A DNA stretch of 62,526 bases, counting the filler. It is 22 parts of 22 records of this genome, joined end to end, with 100 filler letters (N's around TTAATTAATTAA, not from the genome) between each part and the next. Parts side by side here need not be neighbours in the genome. Positions count along the whole stretch, not along the records: positions 44,965 to 48,299 come from SRR16133337_15070; positions 48,400 to 50,662 come from SRR16133337_15187; positions 50,763 to 54,189 come from SRR16133337_15432; positions 54,290 to 56,863 come from SRR16133337_15463; 18 more parts are not named here. One strand, given 5' to 3'. The notes under the pieces were generated by a model. The model was given only the letters and a program-made list of their open reading frames with translations, was not told where the DNA came from and did not search any database. The position numbers and the translations under genes are program-made. Position 1 is the first letter of the stretch, and each line of letters begins with the position of its first letter. Below are positions 45,326-56,963 of this stretch, one piece after another.

Positions 45326-48259
45326 GTGAGTACAATATTTTGCGAGACACGTGTGTGTATTCGCATCGCACGCGAGATAGTGAAATATCGATACGGTTCC
45401 CTGATTATTACACGTCAATTTATTACGCCAGGCAATTGGAAAATTTTAACGTGTGAATTTGATTCGCCGATAATGACACTAAACTATTATATAATACAAT
45501 GTACAGCAATGAACCACCACACCCACTCCTCTCTCTCTCTCTTCGGAAACTGAAAATTTGGTAAATTCACCCACATCGCCTCCTTCATACATTCAAAATT
45601 GAACATTTAAGTTTTTCGCTTTTGAGGGGAATACTATTTTCGTTTATTTTCAAAAATCAACTGTTTGTTCATATTTTTCATGAAATTCATGCTTTTTATG
45701 TTTGTAAATTTCATCATATGTGTAAATTGAAATATATGGTTGGTAATATATGCAGGATTTTTAGAGGAAACCAGTATAATCTTACATATTATATATATGG
45801 TCCTGCATGATGAAAAATTGCGAATTGATTTTTTGTTAATTTCTTGTGGTGTTTGTGGTATCACTGCATCGTAGGTAATTTCATACGAACTTGCTCACAT
45901 TTGTAGTTTTTATGAAGCCACTCAAAATGGATAATTTCCTTGAACTGTAGGCGCTCAAGTCGTTAAAATTTTGTGCGTCAAAATTGAACAAAACTCGAAA
46001 CTCTGAGGGAGGATTCGTTTTCGGTGAAGTACCTTACGACATGAAACTACATCTTGTTGTACCTTTGCTTCGATGTGCCTTTGCTTCAATTTGTTAACAG
46101 TTCACTTAAAAAATAAGTGATTTTTATAAAAATGCGAAAAAAAATATATCATTTTCCGAAAAAAGATGTGTCGTGAATAAAATATTTACTTGGATATGTT
46201 TGTTACGTATGGAAAAATGTATGAACATTAATGTTTTGGTGGGGAGAGTGTGGTGGTGACTGAATATGTCGCACAAATATGTTTTGGGGGAAACTTTCGA
46301 AATGGTAACACGATCTTTTCCTCCAACTCGATCTATTTTTAAATTATGGATTCACTACATTTTTTACGCATCGGGAACATGGACGTTTCTCGATGGATAA
46401 CACATATTTTCTAATGAAACTTTCACACTTCACGGGACAAGATACGCTGAATTCAAAAATAATATTTAGTCAACAAAATTGGACGATTTTCACAATACGG
46501 AGTCGACGTTTGCAATTTTTTGTAACATTGCCCTTACATGATTATTTCTTTTGTGAATACAAAACCAATGTGCGGGTTATTTTTAACACTGACGATTGAT
46601 GATGAATTAATACAGTCATCATTTTTTAAACTACAGAAGTCAGAGAAATCAAACAGAAGGATTTGTTAAACAATGCGCCACGTTATCACTCAAAAAAGAT
46701 AGTAATTAGTTTCATTTTTATATTTTGTTATTTGGTGTTCATTTGTTAAATATTTCAACTCTAAGATGCAGTCCCCAGAACTAAGCAACGCGAACCAGAT
46801 GATCTATGAACAATCTAAAAACATGCAATTTTTATAAATCTTACATAAAAAACTCTAATATGGCGATTTTGTTTGTGTTACATGTCGACGCTTTGATCGT
46901 CCAACTTAATAACACGCGTTTTCCCAAAGAAACAAAATATACAAAACTAAATCCTCTTGATTGGGGATGAACATCTGTTGCAGATATTTCGAAACACTGA
47001 ACTATAATATGTAGTTTAAGCCCTGCATGATTGAATCTTTGTACTGTTTTTGTGGTGATAGCACCCCGTTTGTTTGCAATTTTTGATTTAACCTTACAAA
47101 ACAAATACATTCGATGTGCAACAAGTGTTATATTCATTAAAATTTCATGGATTATATATGATTGAATAAGCTCAAAATTCTGAGCGGAACTTCTTTTTTG
47201 ATGAGTCACGCATTGATTTTGGCGAAAATATATTTTCGATGTGTTATTCCTTCAACCAATCAACTTAAAAAATAAACATTTTATGAAAAATTACACCATC
47301 CGATTATTATTTTTTCACTTGCAGGTTTTTGAAAATATCTCTCAAGCATCTACACTTGAGTCCTGCATGATCCAAAATTGTATATATGTTTTTCTTAATG
47401 TGTCACTGAATCGCAGGCGATTACAAACACGTACATTTAGTGGTTTTTGTGGTGACCATAAAAAAATAGATAGATTCGTTGTGTAACAGGCGTTTAGCGC
47501 ATTAAAAATTCAAAACTCTGCGAGAAATTTGTTTTTTGTGAGTTATGATTCGGTGCTGTTATTTTATTTCCACAAATCTAAAATGCGCACTTTTTTTCAA
47601 AAAAGCACGGGTGAATTTTTTCATGATTATTTTTGGCAACAAATGATTTTTTTTTCATAAAATACAATGGATATTCAAGTTTCCTGAATATAATTTTGTA
47701 CATTGTTCCCTACGTGTGTGTACGGTATGGAGGTGGGTGGGGGTGTGTGAGGGGGGTGTAAAAATTTGTGGTTTCTGAGGTGTGGAAGGAGATTACAGTA
47801 AATCTTTTTATACATATTGAAAAGTCAAATATCGAGCTCAAATTGTTTTAGTTGCCTTGCGCTCGTTCTGTCATTTTGGAGAAACCAATTTTGACAAAGG
47901 AATTACGTTTTCATTTTGAAATAGACATTATGACTGTTCAAAAACCCGTTACATTTCTCTCTGATGTTGAATGCCTTAAATTTCTGTTCAGGGAGACGCA
48001 TTCTCTGTGTTTGAACAAATTTCCTTCCAAGACGTAATTTTCCCCCAAAAAGTGAATAAAAATATCTGGTGGTGATTTCCACTTTTCCGTTCAAAACTAA
48101 AATACTTTTCTCCCTTTAATTTTGCGTCTGAAAACTTGGGAGAAGTTTCCAAAGCAACAGCCTCGGCTATTTTAAAAGAACACGTATATTTGCAGGAGGT
48201 AATGCTAGTGATAAATATCTATTTTTGAGTCTTGCATGATTGAAATTTTATATCACCCA

Positions 48260-48287
48260 TTAAGGTAGCACCTGTCTAAGGATTTTC
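48260..48287 (+). mobile_element. TTAA-flanked terminus (Kolobok-like), copy 3
   Basis: TTAAGGTAGCACCTGTCTAAGGATTTTC just before a contig end; reverse-complement relative of 3978-4005. Confidence 0.5.
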
Positions 48288-48399
48288 AGAAGCGATGTTN
48301 NNNNNNNNNNNNNNNNNNNNNNNNNNNNNNNNNNNNNNNNNNNTTAATTAATTAANNNNNNNNNNNNNNNNNNNNNNNNNNNNNNNNNNNNNNNNNNNN

Positions 48400-50662
48400 C
48401 CAACAAATATACCAACTCCAACAGTTACTGGACAACCAACTGCCGTTCCAACACCCCAGCAGACAGCCCCTCCCGGAATGCCGTTCCCAACGAACGTACC
48501 AACTTCAATACCGACAACAGAACCAACCCCAGATCCAACATCTCTCCCGTCAAATGCACCAACTTCAATACCAACCCCTAACCAATCAAATGCACCCACC
48601 GTCCTTCCTACTGCTCTTCCAACATCGGATCCAACGCCTGTTCCTTCTCCTCAACCAACAGGGGGTCCAACTCCTCTACCAACGTCATTGCCAACACCTC
48701 TTCCTACTAATGCTCCTACAGTACAACCGACTGGTAAGTTTCTGGACATGGTGTTATATTTATTGTTTGGGAGTGGCGTGTTGATGTGCGAGTGGGTGGG
48801 GCATTGCACTGAAAGTAGGAAGACCTCTCTCTGATTGTAATCGAGACCTTTTCCTAAAAAGAGCATAAAATGTAGTTGGAGACCCAATTTATAAAATACA
48901 AAATACATCGGTGCAAGTCATATTTGCGTTGTTTTTTATCCGAGAAAGCACGACCATTTCAAAATAATGGAAATAAATTTTAACTGCGATGTCAGCCTCA
49001 TATGTGTGTTGTATCTGTGACAACGCCATGTGGTATTCCAAACAATGTATAGCATACATGTTGGCAAAAATATACAGTTGGAGGAAAAATTATATTATCA
49101 TTTTCAGCGTTTTTTGTAAAAAATATAGCAGGTTTCAAACAGACAAATTCCTCGAACACCCAAAAGAAAATGTTCAAATCGCACAAAATCTTTGGCCAGA
49201 AACGTTTTCGTATCCCTTTTCCGTAATTCCAATACGAAGTGATCTTTCTCGCTAATACTTAGAATATTTTTGTTATAAAGGAATTCTTTCAGTAAAAATA
49301 TGTTAAGAACTCAATCAGATGGGTTTGAACAGCTAGAAAAGATTTACAAATTGGGTTTTAATGCTTGGATTCTAAAGAACGCACTGCGGATAATGATTTT
49401 ATTTCTTATTTGTTTTCTTTAGCTATCCCATCACCTGTTTTAACGGTTCCTCCAACACCATCTCACTCACCATCACCGACAAATGGACCAACATCACTTC
49501 CTTCACCACTTCCAACGAATGCACCAACCGGAGTTCCAACTGCATTCCCTACTCCAATTCAATATCCAACACCCACAAACGCCCCAACTGCTATTCCTAC
49601 TCGTGAGTATAAGAATACAGAATAATTTAGTAGCGACGACGCACAATTCTGTCCTTTCATGGCATAGTATAGTTTTAAACCCCAATTCGTTGAGAAATTG
49701 GAATTTCCGTGCTTTTTCTTCTGTGGTGTTGTGTTGTAAAGGTGATAATGTGACGTCAAGATTTGTTTTTGAATGGAAATTTCATAATAAAGACACGCCT
49801 TTCTACTTTTTCAATCGAAGTGTGTTTAGAATGCTACATATGGTTTTTGCTGTGAAGTACAATATTCTGCGTGTTCAAGCGGGAAAAAAAATGTAGGTTA
49901 AATTTTTTAATTGTCATTATTGCGCCTTTTTGCTCCTCACAAGCATGTGGTTTTCTCGCTGAAAAAACTATTTAAATAAAAGTTTAACTTGTTGTGGACA
50001 ACGACACACTGAATTCAAAACAATATTTTTCAATAATGATGAGTATTTTCAAATAATTGTTCGTTGTCACAAAACATAGTGAAATTTTTGAATGTTTGTA
50101 CATAACAGTTGGAACATGTGTCGTTTGTACGTTGATTTCGGAATCAATGGGCATTTGATTTTAAGCACACCTGTAATGATTGACGATGAATTAAAAAGTA
50201 GCCATTTTTAAATTGCATAAGCCAAAAGAATCAAATGGACGGACAGCTGAAGTGGTTGCTCTACATTCGCTATGTTTTATAGGTGTCGAAATTTACATTG
50301 TCTTTTGATGCCAAATTCACTTTTCATGTGAAAACAAAAGTGATTTTTACTAGCGAAGCCATGAAAATTAGTAAAAGGTGTTGTAAAAAAAAAAATTATG
50401 GAAATAATCCCTTTGAGTGTTAATGTCACCACAACGAACTTTCCTCGATTCACACTATTAGAAAGTTAATGACTGGAAATTTAAAAAATAAAATAAAAAA
50501 GCTCGGATTTTGAGGGTTACGAAAATTGAAAATGTGTCGTTTTCTTTCAAAGTTCACTTTGTGATTTTTTCAAATTCTGTCAACAAATTTCACATGCCAA
50601 TGTGTTCCTTTGGGTTTAGAGGTTCCATCTCCTTCTCCTACTGGAATGCCAACCGCAATTCC
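48400..50662 (+). CDS. Mucin-like Pro/Thr (PTxxPT) repeat protein, 3 exons
   Basis: Exons 48400-48733, 49423-49602 and 50620-50662 join in phase 1: PTNIPTPT...[15 protein letters not shown]...[22 protein letters not shown]. Confidence 0.8.
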
Positions 50663-50763
50663 NNNNNNNNNNNNNNNNNNNNNNNNNNNNNNNNNNNNNN
50701 NNNNNNTTAATTAATTAANNNNNNNNNNNNNNNNNNNNNNNNNNNNNNNNNNNNNNNNNNNNA

Positions 50764-52128
50764 GTAGCTCCAGCTTCTGTACTATTCTATAAATATGCTA
50801 AAAATGAAGATACAGATAAAAATATTGTTAAGCATATTACACTAAAACCAAGTCGATTTTTTTCTTTATTCAAAGTATTTACAATTCAAAGAGGTGATTA
50901 TAAAGAAGTAGCTCAAGAGAAGTTAAAAGCCTATGATTACCTATGGAAAGTATTGGTCTATGGTAGTTATCTTGACTTCAACTTAATTAATCGTTTAAAA
51001 AGTAAATATAATTCTCTTGGAAAAATAACATCCAATAAAGACCTGTTTCTAATTGGACAAGGTGCTATGATTGGAGGGGGAGATAAAAATGATTCATCAA
51101 ACTTAATAGGAAAACCATTTATTGATACAAGAAAAGATATTAAGCCTTTTTGGATTAACAATAATATTTCAAATACTTGGAATCATAATGTAGTACATAG
51201 GCCTAGAAATGCAGATTTGTACAAGGCTCCAATGGTTCTAATAACAGAAGGTATTAATATAAGCTTGCGCTCAGTTTCGGCTATTTGCGAAAAAGATGTT
51301 GTTTTTAAAAGTTCTTTAACAGCTATTAAAAGTCTCAATAATAATATTAAAAACCTTCAGACAATATCAGGTATTTTAAATTCATCTTTATTCTCATATT
51401 ACTGTTTGCAAACATTTAGTTCTTCAGGAATAGAAAGAGAACAATCACACGATAAAGAAAAATTTGAAGTTCCTTTTACTGATAGTAATTCAATTGCTTC
51501 TACAGTTTCTTCAATAACAAAATTGAAAAATAAGGAATTAAATACACTACTTGATTCAAGTATTTCTAACAAGATTAATACTAAAATTAAAGAATTAGAC
51601 AATACAGTTATTTCTGCATTCTCTTTTTCAGAACAAGAAAAAGACTTACTAAATTATTCTACAGAAATAGTAATTCCTATGATAATGAGACATAAAGGAT
51701 ATGAGAAGATTTTCAATCCTTTGAAATTAGATAGTGATATTATTTCTAAATATGTAAATCTATTTTTTGAACGTTTTAACCCTGTTTACAACAAGCTTAA
51801 TCAAAAATTAATAGTTGATGTAAAACATACCAATCAAATAATAGGATTATTCTTTAAACTAATTCCTTTAAACTCAAAAGCAACTTCAATAAATTTAGTT
51901 GAAGAAAAAAATACAACCCTTCTGGAATTCCTATCATCATTAGGAGTTGAAAAAATAACTGACCGACTATTTATTCAAAAGGATATGAGAGGATTTGAAG
52001 AAAATGGGTTTTACATAATAAAGCCAAATGAGCAAAAGCTTTGGCACAAAGCAATTGGACATCTTGATGTAGACGAATTTATGGATGCTATTCTTACAGC
52101 AAGTAAAAAAGATAAATTCAATGTTTAA
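50764..52128 (+). CDS. C-terminal half of an N6-adenine DNA methyltransferase / type IIG-like RM protein (TRD region), 5'-truncated
   Basis: The frame is open from the contig start: VAPASVLFY (post-motif VIII), LWKVLVYGSYLDFNLINRL, RPRNADLYKAPMVLI, and GILNSSLFSYYCL...SSSGIER (TaqI_C-like). Catalytic motifs are off-contig. Confidence 0.7.
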   Translation, partial: VAPASVLFYKYAKNEDTDKNIVKHITLKPSRFFSLFKVFTIQRGDYKEVAQEKLKAYDYLWKVLVYGSYLDFNLINRLKSKYNSLGKITSNKDLFLIGQGAMIGGGDKNDSSNLIGKPFIDTRKDIKPFWINNNISNTWNHNVVHRPRNADLYKAPMVLITEGINISLRSVSAICEKDVVFKSSLTAIKSLNNNIKNLQTISGILNSSLFSYYCLQTFSSSGIEREQSHDKEKFEVPFTDSNSIASTVSSITKLKNKELNTLLDSSISNKINTKIKELDNTVISAFSFSEQEKDLLNYSTEIVIPMIMRHKGYEKIFNPLKLDSDIISKYVNLFFERFNPVYNKLNQKLIVDVKHTNQIIGLFFKLIPLNSKATSINLVEEKNTTLLEFLSSLGVEKITDRLFIQKDMRGFEENGFYIIKPNEQKLWHKAIGHLDVDEFMDAILTASKKDKFNV

Positions 52129-52789
52129 CAAATTAGATGCTACCAACTTTAGTGGTTCAATTCCATTTTCTGATGTAAATTTTAAAGATATCCTATCCAA
52201 AATCACTATTTGCTACCATAAAATGATTGACAATAAGGAATCTTTAATTAAAGATGAAAATAAAATTAGAGATATATTGTTATTGAAATATTTAAAAAAT
52301 GACAAAGTAAGAGAAGAAGTTGGATTAATTGATTTATATAATTTTGAAAGGGAAGTTCAAGAAGATGAATCAGAAGGCAGAACGGATATAAAGATTACAT
52401 CAAGAGATACTTTCAAAAAACAAAAGGCATATTACACCATTGAGTGCAAACGTTTAAACAATATAAATACAACAGGAACTACAGGACTAAATGCCAAATA
52501 TGTTTCTAATGGAATTGAACGATTTACATCAAAAAAATATTCTTCTTATTATGGTGTGAATGCTATGATTGGGTTTGTTGTCGAAAAAATGAATATTCAT
52601 AAAAACACAGAAAATATTAATGTGCTTTTAGAAACAAACAAAGCAATAACTACAACTAAGAAAATAACCAAAAGCACTTTTATAGAAGACTTTAAATATC
52701 ATTATCATTCAGAGCATTTGGATAAAGACAATCAGAAATTGATAATTTATCATCTAATGTTTGATTTTAGTGAAAATGTGCCACACTAA
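52121..52789 (+). CDS. Uncharacterised PD-(D/E)XK-like nuclease-fold protein
   Basis: ATG overlaps the upstream stop by 8 nt; ENKIRD...EREV...GRTDIKI...YYTIECKRL...YVSNGIERF..KKY. Confidence 0.65.
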   Translation: MFNKLDATNFSGSIPFSDVNFKDILSKITICYHKMIDNKESLIKDENKIRDILLLKYLKNDKVREEVGLIDLYNFEREVQEDESEGRTDIKITSRDTFKKQKAYYTIECKRLNNINTTGTTGLNAKYVSNGIERFTSKKYSSYYGVNAMIGFVVEKMNIHKNTENINVLLETNKAITTTKKITKSTFIEDFKYHYHSEHLDKDNQKLIIYHLMFDFSENVPH

Positions 52790-52929
52790 AGCCATACACA
52801 TTTGCAATTCGCTACAGCCAAGGCTCAAACCCAAAATTGCAAAAGAGGATGTCTTTGCCAACACCATCATTATCTTATTTAGTTTTATACAAAACCTGTC
52901 CTAAGGATGGGGGGAATTATAGTTTTCAC

Positions 52930-53637
52930 TTATTTTTTATACAATGGAATTCTATAGCTAAGGGTATAGTTAAAATGAACGCCCAAATTTGTAACGTATA
53001 CTTTGTTAAAACCAGGGATGTATAAATTTTTAAAATTATCAGGCTCGGAAGTATTTATCAATTTGTTGAGATGGACACTTAGACCTAAATATAGGTTTTT
53101 AAAGGTTTCTACTTTCATTCCGAGAACCCCTGCAAGCCAATGTCCGGTAAGATCTGAAAATTTTTGATTTCTGTAAATCGTCCTAGGTTCAAAATAGGCC
53201 GTTGATATACCGTTTCTTTCCGTTCCATTTTGAAAGATCGTATATTGATTTAAAGTTTGAGAAAAAATACTAAAACCATAACGAACCCCATAATAGAGTT
53301 CATTGTCCATCCCTAACCAGTTTTTAAAAACATTGACGTTGATTCCTGCGGTGATATACAACCCCGTTGTTGTAAAGTTATAGGTATCTTCTTGAGAAAT
53401 TTTATCTATAAATCCCAATTCTGTTGCCAAATAAAAATTTTGCTTCAATCGATAGTCTCCTACAATTTCAAAACCTTTATAGTTTTTGTCTCTGGAAGAA
53501 ATAACAAAATTGCTTATATCAATTCCTACACGGAGACCATAGTTTTTTTTATAAACAATGCTATCCGGGGTTTTTTCTTGTCCCATTGCAAGTAATGAAA
53601 ACAAAACAAAACAACTACTAATGATATATTTTAACAT
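52930..53637 (-). CDS. DUF6048-like outer-membrane beta-barrel protein
   Basis: Signal peptide, YGLRVGID, GFEIVGDYRL, LYIPGFN, terminal YTLSYRIP; conserved flavobacterial pair with DUF6452. Alternative start 53652. Confidence 0.75.
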   Translation of the reverse strand: MLKYIISSCFVLFSLLAMGQEKTPDSIVYKKNYGLRVGIDISNFVISSRDKNYKGFEIVGDYRLKQNFYLATELGFIDKISQEDTYNFTTTGLYITAGINVNVFKNWLGMDNELYYGVRYGFSIFSQTLNQYTIFQNGTERNGISTAYFEPRTIYRNQKFSDLTGHWLAGVLGMKVETFKNLYLGLSVHLNKLINTSEPDNFKNLYIPGFNKVYVTNLGVHFNYTLSYRIPLYKK

Positions 53638-54067
53638 GTGCGGCTGTTTCATTTTCTATGGTTGTATTGGCAATTTCAATATGAGTAATCCAGTTGTTTG
53701 TATTGGAATTGATATTAAAATCTTTAAAAATAGATTTGTATCCACATGATTCAGAGACAAAAACATCTTCTACAACATAACTAAAGTCAAATTCATCTAC
53801 AATATTTGTAGTTGCTAGCTTGTAAATTATATGCTCATTTCTCGTATCTAAAGGGAGGTAAATAGAATCGACAACCTCCAACTCATAAATGAAATCTTTA
53901 CCATCAGCCGATACGTAAATGGGTACTTCTTTGTAGGTATCAGAATCCTCTTTATCATAAAAACTGATAATCAATCGAGGAGTAGTTGGTTCCGTACAAA
54001 AATCATCATTTTCACAAGAAACCACAATAAAGAAAAGGATTCCAAAAGCAATTAAATAATTTTTCAT
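53618..54067 (-). CDS. DUF6452-like lipoprotein
   Basis: MKNYLIAF...VVSCENDDFC (lipobox), TTPRLIISFYD, FVSESCGYK, HVKIYH. Promoter TATCTTTG at 54098-54105 supports the start at 54067. Confidence 0.8.
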   Translation of the reverse strand: MKNYLIAFGILFFIVVSCENDDFCTEPTTPRLIISFYDKEDSDTYKEVPIYVSADGKDFIYELEVVDSIYLPLDTRNEHIIYKLATTNIVDEFDFSYVVEDVFVSESCGYKSIFKDFNINSNTNNWITHIEIANTTIENETAAHVKIYH

Positions 54068-54135
54068 ATATCGAAACGGTATACCTGTTTTATCTGTCAA
54101 AGATAGTAAAGAAAAAAAGCAAATAGTTTTTTTTT

Positions 54136-54189
54136 GTCATGCAGTCTGAATGTCATGCGGTCTTGCAGATGGTGAAACGGTGATATCTG
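54136..54189 (-). repeat. Octamer-periodic bacterial intergenic repeat
   Basis: Plus strand GTCATGCA-GTCTGAAT-GTCATGCG-GTCTTGCA-GATGGTGA-AACGGTGA-TATCTG runs into the contig break. Confidence 0.7.
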
Positions 54190-56963
54190 NNNNNNNNNNN
54201 NNNNNNNNNNNNNNNNNNNNNNNNNNNNNNNNNTTAATTAATTAANNNNNNNNNNNNNNNNNNNNNNNNNNNNNNNNNNNNNNNNNNNNCGAAGAAAAGT
54301 GAAAACTTTAACATGTACAGTCCTAAACAGGCAAAACACCTGAATCATCAGATAAAAATTTTCGCAATTAATTGTATTCCGGTACCGTAGTCTCTCGAGT
54401 CCAAGGCCCCTCCCTTTTACATGGGATTCCCGCCTAAAAGGGGTTCGCCTTGGTCTTGAGATACTACAGTAATATTTTTGGTGACTTAAACTTGAAGCAA
54501 TTCTTCCTATATATAAATGCATTTGTGGGGCCAGAGAATTTGTCCGTTTATGTAATGTTAAAGTTTGAAAATGTGAAATGCAAAAACTCAACCCCAGTTG
54601 AAGAGAATTTGTTTTATTAACTCAGAGAAAATGTACAACTGTAGGACTCCGTATGGAATTTTACACATTGTTTTGTGACATATAAAAACGTTCAAATTAG
54701 AACTATTTAGACCTCAGCCCACAGTTTTATACTTTATTTAGTAAACTTCAGATCTATTTTGCGTCGTATGAGGTACTTCTGTTTAGAACTAAACATACAA
54801 TGGTGGCTGTTTAGTCTTTTTAATGTGATGGATTTGTTATGCCAAGCGAAGCAAGCTTAACTTTTTTATTTGCTTATTTTAGATGAAAATCCAACTTTTA
54901 CCGAAACTTGACAGCAAAAAAGACGATGACACATGTGCAGAAGCAACAAATGAAACTTTAGAAGATCATAAAGACTCGTCTGAAGGCACCACTGTTATTC
55001 AAGGGGTAATAGACAACGCTATAATTCGTAAAACATTAATCTGCGCAGATTTAGAGCTTTTAGTGCTGTCATTGCATAAGAAATGTATCGGTTTACGGGA
55101 CATATACTCTTGTTGGACAGTTAGCGGGCATTGATTTTTTGAGCTCGTTGAATGAGAGGTATGTGAATATGTGTCCGTGTGATATGTGGAACTTTTTCCA
55201 AATTTTGTAATATTACATAGGAGTTGGGAATTGCCTTTCAGAAAGGAGATAAAGTGCGCCCGGCGAGAAGGGGTGTCGAGTTTTAATATAGCACACCAGA
55301 CTTTGGGGCGTAGGATTCGGGATTGACGAAAAAGGTGCATACATTTGGACACGAACACGAATCATCCATTTTTTCCTCTTCTACAGAGCGAACATTTTGG
55401 CAGAAGTACTTTGCATCAGCCCATAATTTTACATGATATTTATAATCAAGTGTGAACACCAAAACTGATTTTAAAAAAATTGGAATTCATGTGGAAAATT
55501 CTCTGGTGTAAATTTCATTCCAGGTGGGAATCCCACCTAGACGTGCAAAAAAATGACTCAAAATCACATTTTCGTGGGTAAAACCTGGCCAACTTCTTTG
55601 CATTTGTTTTTAATTCTACACCAAATAAATGAAGAAAAAAGACAAATTTTTGTTCTACTCTTTTGGGGCGTCATCCATCGACTGACGCTGCAGCTCGCTT
55701 CCAAGATTTCCCCATAATGAAATTATCCAAGAGATTTTGTGTTTAAATATTTTATGCTATTTCTCTGAGTAGAAAACGTCCACTATTGCCAGACAAATAA
55801 CTGACGGCGTTTTTTGGATTATTTAATTAAATTCCACAATCAAGTTTTCATAATATGAAACCACTATTTTGCGTTATGTTTGACGTTTTAATTTTTCAAC
55901 GGATAAATATTTTTGAGGGAGAATGTTGCTGATGCCAAATATATAAAAATCAATGAAACATTCGTCTTGTATGTTTTAGTCATTTTTCCTTCATGAAAAA
56001 CGAAATGTGAAATATGCTTCAAAAACAATATTGCACAACACTCCGGAAAATTTCCAATGCCATTTTGGGCACTCACAGCTGACGCACAAATGCTTGTGAA
56101 AATGGCAATTTTCTAGGTTCGCTCTTTATGGAAATGTTCTTTTTTTTCGTCAGTCGACTCAGACCTGGAGTGAATGTTGCCCAACGTTTTTGATAAAAAA
56201 GCATGATTCCAATCTTGGATGTGTGGTGGCGAAACTTGAGGTAAAAATCATACTTAGAATCAATGATTTTTGTAGGAAAAAATGTAATTATTTTTTTCAC
56301 ACCAAATTTTTATTTATGAAATTTCAAAGATTTTTTCATGATTTTTTCGAAAAAACCACACTCACACACTTCGTGTTTCGAAAATTTAGACACTTGAAGG
56401 GTAGGATGGTGGAGTGGTGTAAGAGTGGGTGTTATTCATCGTTATTATATGGTTCATACTCAATGAAACACTGGGAAACCAAATAGGACCTGAAAAAAAT
56501 CGTTTCTCCAAATGATATCTTGATAAAAATCAGTAATAGGGTGGGCCTCAAATTCAAGATACTTTCGTAGGCTTTTTTAGTAGTACATTAATTGTTTTCG
56601 TCACGAAGGAGGATTGTAAATGTTTTCGTTTGTGCACAGCAGTCATATATTTTCACATATCAAAACAATGGATACTTCAAGTTATGTCAGATATTTTTAC
56701 ATCACGTCAAAAAAAATAATCAAGATCCTCTTAGGGGTCTCCTTTGTTGATGTAGATTGCTCCATATCATATAGTTTTTCGTCTCAAATACCAACCACAC
56801 ATGCACTCGCACTTTGAAGGGTTTGAATCTATTGTAGGTGTGTGGGTGGGTTATTCATTGATANNNNNNNNNNNNNNNNNNNNNNNNNNNNNNNNNNNNN
56901 NNNNNNNTTAATTAATTAANNNNNNNNNNNNNNNNNNNNNNNNNNNNNNNNNNNNNNNNNNNN

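Noticed and set aside
55522..55538. Short perfect palindrome AGGTGGGA-A-TCCCACCT
   Set aside because: Single 8-bp-arm instance with no supporting context.
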